This document shows positions 29,030-39,334 of a stretch of DNA of 64,000 nucleotides, in pieces. How positions within the stretch are numbered: the first letter of the stretch is position 1; each line of letters opens with the position of its first letter. The notes beneath the pieces were generated by a model. The model had not been told where the DNA came from. It saw nothing but the letters and a program-made list of their open reading frames with translations, and ran no database searches. The stretch covers positions 116,825 to 180,824 of the forward strand of contig CAZWMG010000001.1 in the NCBI GenBank assembly GCA_964634945.1. Direction: 5' to 3'. The DNA is from an uncultured Planctomycetia bacterium (GTDB lineage Bacteria; Omnitrophota; Gorgyraeia; JABMRG01). The translations under genes were made by a program, and so were the position numbers.

Positions 29030-29887
29030 TTACTCATTAAGCAGGCCTTGCCTCTTCATGTAAGCCTTTGCGCATGCCTTTGCGATATCTCTCACCCTGC
29101 CGATATAAGCAGCTCGCTCTGTAACACTTATCACTCCTCGCGCATCCAGCATGTTAAAGACATGGGATAATTTTAGCATATATTCATACGCCGGTAAAAT
29201 AAGTTCATCTTTAATTAAGCGCTGTGACTCTCTTTCATACATATCAAAAAGGGATGTCGCCATTTTCGGATCAAGTGCCTCAAAGTTATACTCTGAAGAT
29301 TCCTTTTCTCCCTCCGTATGAAGCTGTCCGTAAGTTGTATCTTTATTCCATTGGAGATCAAACGCGTTATCCTTATCCTGTAAAAACATGGCTATTCGCT
29401 CCAAACCATAGGTTATTTCACATGGAATAACCTTAAGCTCAAACCCTCCTACCTGTTGAAAGTATGTAAATTGCGTAATCTCAAGACTGTCAAGCCACAC
29501 CTCCCAACCTAGCCCACTCGCACCAAGCGTAGGAGATTCCCAATCGTCCTCTACAAAACGTATATCATGCGCTTTTGGGTTTATTCCTATTGCCTTGAGA
29601 CTTCTAATGTAGAGATCCTGAACATCCTTTGGCGCGGGCTTAACAATAACCTGGTACTGATAATATCGTTGCATCCTAAGCGGGTTATCAGCATATCTGC
29701 CATCCGCTGGCCTACGCGAAGGCTGAACATACCCAACCTTCCATGGCTTATTATCGAGGCACTTAAAAAAAGTTAGGGGATGAAACGTGCCTGCGCCGAC
29801 TTCAACATCATAGCCTGACGCTATGACAGCGCCTTCAGCGTTCCAAAATTTATTCAGCCTCTCTATTATGTCCTGAAAATATATCAT
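29030..29887 (-). CDS. glyQ: Glycine--tRNA ligase alpha subunit
   Basis: [42 protein letters not shown]. Confidence 0.98.
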   Translation of the reverse strand: MIYFQDIIERLNKFWNAEGAVIASGYDVEVGAGTFHPLTFFKCLDNKPWKVGYVQPSRRPADGRYADNPLRMQRYYQYQVIVKPAPKDVQDLYIRSLKAIGINPKAHDIRFVEDDWESPTLGASGLGWEVWLDSLEITQFTYFQQVGGFELKVIPCEITYGLERIAMFLQDKDNAFDLQWNKDTTYGQLHTEGEKESSEYNFEALDPKMATSLFDMYERESQRLIKDELILPAYEYMLKLSHVFNMLDARGVISVTERAAYIGRVRDIAKACAKAYMKRQGLLNE

Positions 29888-30633
29888 AGTGTAATCTGCC
29901 TCATAAAATCAGTTGTTTTTAAATGCTCGCCAAGGTGATAAGCAATAAGCTTCTCGAGCAACCTGTTGAGTTCCATAGAAATAGAATTTGCTATCATCAG
30001 ACTGCGCAATTTCTCTCTTCTTTGCCGTATAATCATATTTACCGAAGAGATTGCCCCTCTTGATATAGGACTTGCCTGCATATCAGCGTCACGGCAGCCA
30101 GCGCACAAGAGCCCGGAAAGCCTAAAGCTAAAACATGCGTCCTTAACAATCCTGCCGGAACAATTAACGCAAGTCTCAAAGTGCGGCAAAAAACCCGCAT
30201 TATCAAGCAATTTCAATTGAAATATTATAATGGCCCTATCAATAAACCTCTCATTCGAAAAAAAATCTAATATCCATTCGAGTAACTGGTATAACGCAAT
30301 GGATTTATCCGCAAGAGGCGTGAATTTATCTACCAGCTCGACTACGTAAAAAGCTTTGACTCTTTTATCTAGATCCTCTGCGATCGTTAAATAAGGATCT
30401 ATTAGATCACACTGGGTTATCATAAAAACATCTGACTTACGCTTATCATAGAATACTATATCATATTTAGCGAATTCATGTAAGTATGACCCCATTATAG
30501 CCTGCGGTCCACGTATACCTTTTATGACTCCTTTTATCTTGCCGAAATCCTTTGCGTAAAACTGCACCATAGAGCTTGTTTCTCTCAGCTCTCTCTTTGA
30601 AAGTAATATCGCTTCGGATTTCTGTATCGCCAC
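29884..30633 (-). CDS. recO: DNA repair protein RecO
   Basis: N-terminal OB fold, CxxC...CxxC, position next to glyQ. Confidence 0.9.
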   Translation of the reverse strand: MAIQKSEAILLSKRELRETSSMVQFYAKDFGKIKGVIKGIRGPQAIMGSYLHEFAKYDIVFYDKRKSDVFMITQCDLIDPYLTIAEDLDKRVKAFYVVELVDKFTPLADKSIALYQLLEWILDFFSNERFIDRAIIIFQLKLLDNAGFLPHFETCVNCSGRIVKDACFSFRLSGLLCAGCRDADMQASPISRGAISSVNMIIRQRREKLRSLMIANSISMELNRLLEKLIAYHLGEHLKTTDFMRQITL

Positions 30634-31292
30634 TACCGAATACTCTCTTTTGTTTCTGAATTTGACGGCGGAGTAATAGAGCCTGCTGATATTACCACTT
30701 TAAACGCCTCTTCCACGCTTAATGATAAAGGCTTTACCTCATTTTTATTCAAGAGCACAAATAATCCGCTAGTAGGATTAGGCGTTGTCGGTATATATAC
30801 ACTTATCAGATCCTGGTCTCCCGCGGAATCCTGTAAGCCACCTTTTGCCTCAGATGTAATAAAACCTATCGTGTAGATACCTTTGCTCGGATACTCTGCC
30901 AGTATAACCTTTTTAAAGCTTGACTTTCTTTTGGAAAAAAGTGCGTTGCTTATCTCTTTTAAGGCGCCGTATACTTTATTGACCATAGGGAGCTTATATA
31001 AAAAACTCTCAAAAAACGAAAATGTTCTCCTTACAATGATAACTCTGGTCATGAGGCCTATCAATATAATAATTATCATAGCTGCCGCAAAGACAACTAC
31101 CTTGGCGAGAAACAGTCTTTGCTGTTCCTGCAATAAATATGGTTTTAAACGTATCGCCAAAGGGTTAAGCATTATGCTGTTTAAGCTTACGACTAAGAAA
31201 CGGATTATAAATGCTGTAATAGTTATCGGCAATATAACCACTATACCCGCTAAAAAGTTATCTCTTAAGAACTTCGCTATCTTTTTAATCAT
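30633..31292 (-). CDS. DUF502 membrane protein
   Basis: F.AG....LP..IT, VYIPTTPNPTSG, S.G. Confidence 0.9.
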   Translation of the reverse strand: MIKKIAKFLRDNFLAGIVVILPITITAFIIRFLVVSLNSIMLNPLAIRLKPYLLQEQQRLFLAKVVVFAAAMIIIILIGLMTRVIIVRRTFSFFESFLYKLPMVNKVYGALKEISNALFSKRKSSFKKVILAEYPSKGIYTIGFITSEAKGGLQDSAGDQDLISVYIPTTPNPTSGLFVLLNKNEVKPLSLSVEEAFKVVISAGSITPPSNSETKESIR

Positions 31293-31342
31293 CTTCTTCC
31301 TGCCTTTTTTAAATATTAGTTTTGCTAATTATTCATTCTAAA

Positions 31343-32059
31343 CTAACCCACGATTAAGCGATATATAACCAAAGTCATAAAACAGCCAAGAACAGAACCG
31401 GCGATTACTTCCCATACCGTATGATAATTACGGCTTATCCTACTCTGCGCTATCATAAAAGCTAAAACAAAGACCGCGCATATAACAAGTAAATTATGCG
31501 TAAGTAAGGATATCAGCATCCAGACAGAAAAAGCAACAGCGGAATGCCCGCTCGGCATACCGCCTCTTAAAGGCTTGCCCCTATGAAATAACGCCTTAGA
31601 CATTATAACAACACCAAGAAGAACAATTAAAATAAGAAACGATATATGCCAATCCGATTGGCTTAACTTAAAAAACTCACGCTTGAATACAACGGAAAAA
31701 ATGTTATCCCTAAAAAAAAGAAAGTAACCTACAATAACAGCATTTATAGACGCTACAAGTACGGCACCTGCGGTAACATCTTTTACCACTTTGACCCAGC
31801 TCGAATGTGAGATCTCAACATAATCCATAACAATCTCTATGGACGTATTTATCATCTCTATGATAAGCACACTGCTGCAGGTCAGCAGAAGCATGATTAG
31901 CTCTGTCCTAGTAAAATCAAGATATATACCAAAGATCAAAACAAGTAACGCAAGCAAAAAATGTATGCGCATATTACGCTGTGTCTTTATGACAAAGAGA
32001 AAACCTTCTATCGCAGCATTAAAGCTGTCTACCAGATTATGCTTATTCTTTACCCGCAT
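31343..32059 (-). CDS. Diacylglycerol/undecaprenol kinase (DgkA) fused to a PAP2 phosphatase
   Basis: SF..AIEG, N.RIH, E.INT.IE, KD..AGAVL; GMPSGHS, SR...H...EV..G. Confidence 0.9.
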   Translation of the reverse strand: MRVKNKHNLVDSFNAAIEGFLFVIKTQRNMRIHFLLALLVLIFGIYLDFTRTELIMLLLTCSSVLIIEMINTSIEIVMDYVEISHSSWVKVVKDVTAGAVLVASINAVIVGYFLFFRDNIFSVVFKREFFKLSQSDWHISFLILIVLLGVVIMSKALFHRGKPLRGGMPSGHSAVAFSVWMLISLLTHNLLVICAVFVLAFMIAQSRISRNYHTVWEVIAGSVLGCFMTLVIYRLIVG

Positions 32060-32487
32060 ATCCTTTTTAATATCTCCTGCTCCTTTTTTCGCATCTTAAG
32101 CGCAGACCTAGAAGACGTATCATCATAGCCCAATAGATGCAATATGCCATGTATAATATAAAGTGACAATTCAATAAAAAAAGTATTTCCGTAACGTCTG
32201 GCATTCTCAAATGCTTCAGAGGGGCAAATTAAGATGTCGCCTAGATAGCCCTTGTGTATATCGCTGGTCATGGAATCATCATAGCCTAAGGCTATAACAT
32301 CCGTTACGCGATCCTTACAAAAATACCTGCTGTTTGCTTTTTTAATTCTGTATCTTGTAACAAAACTTAAAGCTACCTGTGTCTCTTCGGGCTGCCCAAG
32401 AGCTTGAAGCGCCTTAAAAGAGATAAGCTCGATCTTTTTTTTATTAAGCTTAATCTTTTTTTGAGCGTCTGTTATTATTATTCTCAT
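32050..32487 (-). CDS. ybeY: rRNA maturation endoribonuclease YbeY
   Basis: TDV, LGDI.I, HGILHLLGYD (third His appears replaced by Asp). Confidence 0.9.
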   Translation of the reverse strand: MRIIITDAQKKIKLNKKKIELISFKALQALGQPEETQVALSFVTRYRIKKANSRYFCKDRVTDVIALGYDDSMTSDIHKGYLGDILICPSEAFENARRYGNTFFIELSLYIIHGILHLLGYDDTSSRSALKMRKKEQEILKRICG

Positions 32488-34732
32488 ATTTTTTAAGCTT
32501 ACTATCAGGATACTCTATGCGTGAATGATAGGTAGCCGTAAGAACCCTTACAAAACTTTCGGCGATTTTATCAATATCTCTAAGCGTAAGATTGCATTCA
32601 TCAAGCTGACGATCGATAAATTTATTATTAACAATTTTCCGCACTAACTCCTTGAAATGTTGTGGTGTTGGATTCTGTAAAACACGCGAAGCGGCCTCCG
32701 CGGAATCCGCCAACATGACTATTGCCGATTCTTTCGTCTGCGGTTTGGGGCCGGCATATCTAAATGCCTCCTTACTGATAGATTCATCCTGACGCCTCTT
32801 TTCGAGCGCCTGATGATAAAAATACGTTACAACGCTGGCGCCATGGTGTTGTTGTATTATATCTTTTATGGAATTGCCTAGTTTATATTTCTCCGCAAGC
32901 TCAACACCATCTTTGACATGGTTAGTTATGACAAGCGAACTCATTGACGGAGAAAGTCCTTTATGCATATCCTTAAGTTCCTTCTTATTCTCAGCAAAAT
33001 ATTCTCCTTTTTCAATCTTACCGATATCATGGTAGTATGAGCTTATGCGGCAAAGGAGTGAGTTCGCGCCAATAGCATTTGCGGCGGTTTCAGCAAGGTT
33101 TCCAACAATTATACTATGGTGGTATGTGCCAGGAGCCTTGGTTACCATATCCCTTAATAAGGGGTGATTCAAATCAGCGAGTTCAAGCAATTTTATATCC
33201 GTAGTAAGCTTAAATAGATACTCCAACACAGGAAGAAATATCATTACAATCGCCGCTGAGACAATACCATTGGCGATACCCCACAGGCCTTGCTTTAGGA
33301 ATATATTAGGTTCAAAATTGGATATTATTCCTATGGCTGAGATAGCTATAAAATTAATTACCCCAACATAGAGCCCTGATCTTATAATATGGCTGCGTGA
33401 CCTCGCGTTAAAAATAGTACAGATTGCGAAGATGCCTCCAATCATGGAGACAAAGAATATGCTGAATTTTATACCAGCTATCAAGGTTACTATTACAGCG
33501 GCAACAACAACCACAATCGCCGCTACCCTACCATTTACAAGCAGCGTAATAAGCATAGAGACTACAGCAACAGGTATAAAATAACTAGGCAGTGGGGAAG
33601 AGACTATGAGACGCGCGGATAAGGCTACAAAGACTATCAACAAGCTCATCAATAACAAAAGCTTATCTTGTGAAAATATGCAACGCTCAAATTTTTTCAG
33701 ATAAATATATAGTATAAATATCAATAAACACATAAGAGTAACCATGCCCCAAAATTGGGAGAAGTTATCACTTGCGGCAGCCATAGTACTGACTACATCA
33801 ATCTGGGCAATGTGCTCTTTAGCGATCCTCTGTCCTCTTCTCACAACTATCTCGCCCTTCGACCTAGATTCTGTAATATAGATAGGCGTAACCGCGGAAA
33901 TGGCATCGCGTTTCGCGGAATTTGTCTCATCCTGGTTAAGCGCAAGGTTAGGTTTTACCCAATTCGAAATAAGCTTGTACAGGACATTTACCTGCTTTTT
34001 CCCTTGCATGCCATCGCTTAAGAGCAAAGGCTCTATCTTATCAAGTATGGACCCATCGGTACTTATGCTAGCTACCTTCTCATCACTCTTTTTTCTAGTA
34101 AGCCTATTGTATATTATAATATGTTCGCTTCCCTCTACGCGTAGAGCCTTTTTCATCTCTTGCGAAATAATAGGGTACGAATATATTGTCTGCAATGTCT
34201 CTAAGGCATATGACTGAAGTTTAGGCGTCTTACCTGACCCTAATAATATATCTGTCTCGTCCTTGTCAAGGTTTTCCTTAATCTTATTAAGCAACTGCTC
34301 CAGTTCGGCTGTATCATGTTCTTCTTCCGTAACAGATACCAGTTTTCTATAAGAGTCTAGGAGTATAAAAAATTCCTTTGCCTCTGACTCAGCGGATTTA
34401 AGCACCTTGTCATCAATGCTATATACAGGAATTATCTTAGCTTCAGCCGCGTCCTGATATGCCTTTGTCTTCTCTTCATCGACTCCTGATTGGTACTGAA
34501 AATCAAACGGGGCATATATATCCGCTACCGCGATATCGCCCTCATTAAGAGCTCTCCTGATAGGAAGTTTTGCGGAATACATAATACATATAATGATAAA
34601 GACGATAAAAACAGCGATCAGGACTCTTTTTATGGCCTTTGAAACCATCTGCTGTTTTTGCTGTTGTCCTGTATTTAATGAATTACCTAAATTTCTGATC
34701 CTAAATAATGCTTTTTTTATAAGTGGGGTCAT
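32450..34732 (-). CDS. 7TM-HD (HDIG) phosphohydrolase, PgpH-like c-di-AMP phosphodiesterase
   Basis: 7TM region, APGTYHHS, YYHDIGK, QHHG, MLADS.EAA. Confidence 0.9.
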   Translation of the reverse strand: MTPLIKKALFRIRNLGNSLNTGQQQKQQMVSKAIKRVLIAVFIVFIIICIMYSAKLPIRRALNEGDIAVADIYAPFDFQYQSGVDEEKTKAYQDAAEAKIIPVYSIDDKVLKSAESEAKEFFILLDSYRKLVSVTEEEHDTAELEQLLNKIKENLDKDETDILLGSGKTPKLQSYALETLQTIYSYPIISQEMKKALRVEGSEHIIIYNRLTRKKSDEKVASISTDGSILDKIEPLLLSDGMQGKKQVNVLYKLISNWVKPNLALNQDETNSAKRDAISAVTPIYITESRSKGEIVVRRGQRIAKEHIAQIDVVSTMAAASDNFSQFWGMVTLMCLLIFILYIYLKKFERCIFSQDKLLLLMSLLIVFVALSARLIVSSPLPSYFIPVAVVSMLITLLVNGRVAAIVVVVAAVIVTLIAGIKFSIFFVSMIGGIFAICTIFNARSRSHIIRSGLYVGVINFIAISAIGIISNFEPNIFLKQGLWGIANGIVSAAIVMIFLPVLEYLFKLTTDIKLLELADLNHPLLRDMVTKAPGTYHHSIIVGNLAETAANAIGANSLLCRISSYYHDIGKIEKGEYFAENKKELKDMHKGLSPSMSSLVITNHVKDGVELAEKYKLGNSIKDIIQQHHGASVVTYFYHQALEKRRQDESISKEAFRYAGPKPQTKESAIVMLADSAEAASRVLQNPTPQHFKELVRKIVNNKFIDRQLDECNLTLRDIDKIAESFVRVLTATYHSRIEYPDSKLKKYENNNNRRSKKD

Positions 34733-34820
34733 CTTTTACGCCTAACTCCTTGTATGCTTTTTAAATAACATAGTCCCTATACCATTTCGAAAAAAGTGAG
34801 AAATCTTAGCCAACAAAATT

Positions 34821-35029
34821 AGATCCTTCGTCGCGCCACTTTCAGTGGCGGAACTCAGGGTAAATTCGCTTATGTCATTCTGGTCACGTAATGCCGCCTG
34901 CCCGCCTACGGCGGGAAGAATCTAAGTCTGAATCCTTCGGATACTTTGTATCCTCAGGATAAATTCGCACTTATAAGTTACGTCGCTAAAGCTCCCTGCC
35001 TCGCCGGCAGGCGGGCGTAACTTATGTGC
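34821..35029. repeat. Mosaic cluster of REP-like palindromes
   Basis: Two ATCCTTCG-[hairpin]-CTCAGG(G/A)TAAATTCGC units, a reverse TGTCATTCTG...GAAGAATCT unit, CCTGCC..GGC(A/G)GG palindromes, ataagttacg/cgtaacttat stem. Confidence 0.75.
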
Positions 35030-35033
35030 TCAT

Positions 35034-35693
35034 TTATTTGATATATTTTGATTCCGCTTCCTCAAGATCCGGTATAATTAGAACCGTTCCGGGCAATACA
35101 GTGCTGGGGTCTTTAAGTTTATCAGCGTTTGCCTCATATATAACTGTCCATTTGGATGCCTTATCATAAAAAGCTTTGGCAATATGTGAAAGCGTATCAC
35201 CTCTCTTAACCGTATACTCCTTGTATGCAGGGCGAATGGCCTCTTCTTCATATAATACTACTTCATCATCGCTGACAACCTCTGCCTCGACCTCTTCATA
35301 CTCATAGGCCATCACCGCATCGGTTGTTATATTGTCATATACAGGCAGGTCTTGCTCATTAACATTACTGGTGCTGGTCAGATAGCCCTGATTTCCTGTC
35401 ATATCAGTGTCGCTTGTAATTCTTTTGCGGGCTGGCGGCTTTGGCTTACTATCCTCTTTCGCAGGCTTGGCATGGATCTCTTCCCATGTAGGTAATTCAA
35501 TTTTTATATCAATATATTCTCTGTCAGCAGGCCTTGGCTCTTGAGCAGTATCGCCACTATTGCCTGTCAGATAACCCTGGTTGCCGGATACATTCTGGTC
35601 AACCCTCTCTCTGACAACCTTCTTTACGGTAACGCAACCTGTGAGCGATATTGAAGCTACCGCTACCAACAATACGATAATGTTTCTTTTCAT
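35034..35693 (-). CDS. LysM-domain lipoprotein
   Basis: Lipobox LTGC; YTVKRGDTLS.IA..FY....W..IY.AN; duplicated GNQGYLT. Confidence 0.9.
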   Translation of the reverse strand: MKRNIIVLLVAVASISLTGCVTVKKVVRERVDQNVSGNQGYLTGNSGDTAQEPRPADREYIDIKIELPTWEEIHAKPAKEDSKPKPPARKRITSDTDMTGNQGYLTSTSNVNEQDLPVYDNITTDAVMAYEYEEVEAEVVSDDEVVLYEEEAIRPAYKEYTVKRGDTLSHIAKAFYDKASKWTVIYEANADKLKDPSTVLPGTVLIIPDLEEAESKYIK

Positions 35694-35718
35694 CTGCAAC
35701 CTCCTGTTTCTATTGTTC

Positions 35719-37476
35719 TCATTCTTTTATTTTCAGCCCTAATTCATTCAGCTGCCTCTCTGAGATAAGAGACGGCGCCTGGGTCAAAGGGGATATCGCT
35801 CTTTGTGTCTTAGGAAAAGCTATTACCTCTCTGATAGAACCACACCCACACAATATTGCCACAAGCCTATCCAGGCCAGCAGCAAAGCCACCATGTGGTG
35901 GCGCACCATAGCTGAGCGCCTTTGTTAAAAAACCAAACCTCTCCTGGGCCTCCTTATTATCAATGCCGATCGTGTCAAATATTTTCGCCTGTATATCCTT
36001 GCTGTGTATTCTGATGCTTCCGCTTCCAAGCTCAACACCATTTAGCACAAGGTCATAAGAACGCGATCTTATCTTACCCGGGTCTGTTGAGAAATATTGC
36101 ATATCTTCATCGCACGGAGCTGTAAAAGGATGGTGCTCAGAGTCCCATCTCTTCTCTTCCTGGTTATACTTAAACAACGGGAAATCATTTACCCACAGAA
36201 AGTCCAATTTTGTATCATCTATTAAACCTTCATCTTGAGCGAGTTTAGTACGCAATTTAGACAGGGCGTCATTGCATAATAGCTTATCTGATGCTGCAAA
36301 AAAGATATAGTCACCCTCTGCCGCGTTAGCTTTCTTTACGATAATCGCCTGCTCTTGGGCTGAAAAAAACTTTGCTACAGGCCCTTCCGGGCCTTTTGCG
36401 CCCATCTTGATATAAGCAAGACCCTTAAGTCCTGTGGATTTCGCGAATTCAGTCAGGGCATCTATTCTACTTCGTGGCATATCCTTAGGTTTCTTTAGAT
36501 TAATAGCCTTGACTATACCATCGTTAGCGATTACATCGCTAAAGACCTTAAATCCGCATTCCTTTAATTCATCTGTAAAATCTATAAGCTCCAATGCATA
36601 TCTTCTATCGGGCTTATCACAGCCAAACCTTGCCATAGCGTCATGGTGGCTCAAAACATCAAAAGGCATCTTCATATCGATCTTAAGAGTCTCTTTAAGT
36701 ATCCTCTGCATTACCTCTTCTATCAATGAAAATATATCTTTTTCATCTACAAATGATAGCTCGATATCCAATTGCGTGAATTCTGGCTGTCGGTCCGCGC
36801 GCAAGTCTTCATCCCTAAAGCACTTTGCTATCTGAAAATACTTATCAATGCCACTAATCATCAGTATCTGCTTAAAAAGCTGCGGGGATTGTGGAAGAGC
36901 AAAGAATTTACCGATATTTACGCGGCTTGGCACGAGATAGTCGCGCGCGCCCTCAGGCGTTGACTTTGTAAGAATAGGGGTCTCGACCTCGATAAATCCT
37001 TTTTCATCAAAATAATCTCTCATGACCTTGCATACCCTGTGACGCAATAAAAGGTTCTTCTGCATCTTGGGCCGCCTCAAGTCAAGATAGCGATAAGCAT
37101 AGCGAACATCCTCTGAGATATCAGCGTCATCCGCGATCTCAAAAACAGGGGGTTGGGAAGTATTCAAAATGACAAGCTCTGAAACGACAACCTCAATCTC
37201 ACCGGTTGGTATTTTCTTATTCATTGTGCCTTCAGGCCGCATCCGCACCTTACCTTTCACCTGAACAACATATTCATCTCTTAATGCCTCTGCCTCTTTA
37301 TGCAAGGCATTGTCAATCTCAGGATTGAATACAACCTGAGTTATGCCTTCTCTGTCTCTTAGATCGATAAAGATAAGATTTCCATGGTCTCTGCGCGTTG
37401 CTACCCAGCCAGCCAATACTATATCGTTATCGAGATCCTTACTACTAAGTTCACCGCATGTATGTGTTCTTAACAT
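35719..37476 (-). CDS. aspS: Aspartate--tRNA ligase (probably non-discriminating Asp/Asn)
   Basis: RTHTCGEL, RRDHG, PQSPQLFKQ, FRDEDLRADRQPEFTQ, PPHGG. Confidence 0.98.
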   Translation of the reverse strand: MLRTHTCGELSSKDLDNDIVLAGWVATRRDHGNLIFIDLRDREGITQVVFNPEIDNALHKEAEALRDEYVVQVKGKVRMRPEGTMNKKIPTGEIEVVVSELVILNTSQPPVFEIADDADISEDVRYAYRYLDLRRPKMQKNLLLRHRVCKVMRDYFDEKGFIEVETPILTKSTPEGARDYLVPSRVNIGKFFALPQSPQLFKQILMISGIDKYFQIAKCFRDEDLRADRQPEFTQLDIELSFVDEKDIFSLIEEVMQRILKETLKIDMKMPFDVLSHHDAMARFGCDKPDRRYALELIDFTDELKECGFKVFSDVIANDGIVKAINLKKPKDMPRSRIDALTEFAKSTGLKGLAYIKMGAKGPEGPVAKFFSAQEQAIIVKKANAAEGDYIFFAASDKLLCNDALSKLRTKLAQDEGLIDDTKLDFLWVNDFPLFKYNQEEKRWDSEHHPFTAPCDEDMQYFSTDPGKIRSRSYDLVLNGVELGSGSIRIHSKDIQAKIFDTIGIDNKEAQERFGFLTKALSYGAPPHGGFAAGLDRLVAILCGCGSIREVIAFPKTQRAISPLTQAPSLISERQLNELGLKIKE

Positions 37477-37500
37477 TATTTATCCTTTATCCCTAGTTTA

Positions 37501-37600
37501 TAAATATTAAAGCATTAAGTAGTAAGTTGTAAGTTATAAGAATTGAGTTCTACTTAAATTATACTACGTAATCCTTAATTCTTAATACTTAATTCTTTTT
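37501..37600. repeat. Heptamer-periodic imperfect palindrome
   Basis: TAAGTAG TAAGTTG TAAGTTA TAAGAAT ... CTTAATT CTTAATA CTTAATT. Confidence 0.65.
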
Positions 37601-38843
37601 CAACTTCTTCAACAATATTATCCAACCTGACTTCTGCCTGCGACCCATCACTCATATTCTTCAAGCTCGCCTTACCTTGCTTAAGTTCATCCTCACCTAT
37701 TATGAGCACATATTCTGCTTTTACCCTATCGGCATATCGCATCTGAGCTTTCAAGGATTTATTCTGATAATCAATATCTGATGAGATATCCGCGCGCCTA
37801 AGCTTGTATAAGATATCGAAACCGACTCCATATGCCTGCTCACCTATAGTAATAACAAAAACCGACACCCCTTTATTAAGCGCGCTAGGGGGCTTTACCT
37901 CCGATAATAACCGTATGATCCTTTCCAGCCCTATCGCAAAACCTATAGCGCCCTGTTTTGGGCCGCCCAGATCTGAAACAAGGTTATCATATCGTCCACC
38001 AGCCGCAATTGCGTCTTGAGCGCCAAGTGAACTTGCTGAGACCTCAAAGACTAAACCGGTATAATAGTCTAACCCCCTAACCAATGTGTCCATTACCCTA
38101 AATTCTACACCATTGGACTCAAGTATCTCCTGTAGAGATGAAAAGTCTTTCTCGCAGTCTTGACACAATATACCTTTGATCGAAATAGCCTTAACCACTT
38201 TTTTACAACCATCACATTTACAATCAAGTACGCGCAATATATTAGTATCGTATCGCGTCTTACAATCATCGCAGAGTTCAGATATCCTATTTTTTAATTC
38301 TTTTTTTAATATATTGGTTATGTTGGATTTATCTTTTTCGCAACCTAATGAGTTTATATAAAAACTATATTTGGCTAATCCCAACTTTCTTAGGAGGTTA
38401 TCAAGTAATATTATGGTCTCAGCGTCAAGATAGGTTGAGCATGAGCCTATCGCCTCAACCCCAATCTGGTTAAACTGCCTGAATCTACCGGCCTGAGGCC
38501 TCTCGCTTCGAAACATCGGACCCATATAGTAAAGCTTTACAAAACCCTCTGTATTATCAAGCCTATTTTCAATATAAGCCCTTACTACAGAAGCTGTCTC
38601 CTCAGGACGGAGAGATATATCGCGATTGCCCTGATCCAGAAATGAATACATCTGTTTCTTTACAATATCTGTCTCTTGTCCTACGCTACGCGTAAAAAGG
38701 CGCGTCTCTTCTATGATCGGTGTACGTATCTCCTTATAGCCATACGAAGAAAAGACCTGGCGTGATATTCGCTCCACTGACTGCCACAAGCCAGATTCTG
38801 TCGGCAGGATATCCTGTGTCCCTTTTAATCTCTTAATATTCAT
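37575..38843 (-). CDS. hisS: Histidine--tRNA ligase
   Basis: LRPE.TA, FR.ERPQ.GR.RQF.Q, LVRGLDYY, GGRYD, GFAIG.ER. Confidence 0.98.
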   Translation of the reverse strand: MNIKRLKGTQDILPTESGLWQSVERISRQVFSSYGYKEIRTPIIEETRLFTRSVGQETDIVKKQMYSFLDQGNRDISLRPEETASVVRAYIENRLDNTEGFVKLYYMGPMFRSERPQAGRFRQFNQIGVEAIGSCSTYLDAETIILLDNLLRKLGLAKYSFYINSLGCEKDKSNITNILKKELKNRISELCDDCKTRYDTNILRVLDCKCDGCKKVVKAISIKGILCQDCEKDFSSLQEILESNGVEFRVMDTLVRGLDYYTGLVFEVSASSLGAQDAIAAGGRYDNLVSDLGGPKQGAIGFAIGLERIIRLLSEVKPPSALNKGVSVFVITIGEQAYGVGFDILYKLRRADISSDIDYQNKSLKAQMRYADRVKAEYVLIIGEDELKQGKASLKNMSDGSQAEVRLDNIVEEVEKELSIKN

Positions 38844-38901
38844 AATTTAGTCATACCTTACCGTTGTAACATAATTTATAGCATTGTTCTGTTACTCATC
38901 A

Positions 38902-38965
38902 TGCATATTGGGTATTGCAATAAGAATTAAACGCAATACGCGCTACGCACAACACAATACGAAAT
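38902..38965. repeat. Heptamer-periodic repeat
   Basis: GCATATT GGGTATT ... ACGCAAT ACGCGCT ACGCACA ACACAAT ACGAAAT. Confidence 0.6.
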
Positions 38966-38981
38966 TCATTGCATAAAGCGT

Positions 38982-39254
38982 CTATCGCACGCTCTGTTTC
39001 ATTACAAGACCCGGCTTAAACGTAACAACTTTCTTAGGTGGCACTGAAACAGTCTCGCCCGTTCTAGGGTTTCTACCAGTACGCGCCTTGCGCTCTTTTA
39101 CCTTAAAAACACCGAAATTTCTAAGCTCAAGGGTCTCACCCTTTGCCAGCGATTCTATCATCGCGTCAATAGTTTTCTGGACGACCTCTTTTACTACGAT
39201 CTGTTTAATACCTGTCTCATCTGCGATTTTTATTGCTATCTCTTTTTTTGTCAT
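38982..39254 (-). CDS. HU/IHF family DNA-binding protein
   Basis: LRNFGVF....RKAR.GRNPRTGE, FKPG. Confidence 0.96.
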   Translation of the reverse strand: MTKKEIAIKIADETGIKQIVVKEVVQKTIDAMIESLAKGETLELRNFGVFKVKERKARTGRNPRTGETVSVPPKKVVTFKPGLVMKQSVR

Positions 39255-39334
39255 ATATATTCTCCTATCTCTTAACTGTTTTAATATTGAAATTTTGTGG
39301 TGGTTTCTAGGCGCGGAGTATTCTTTTTATACAT

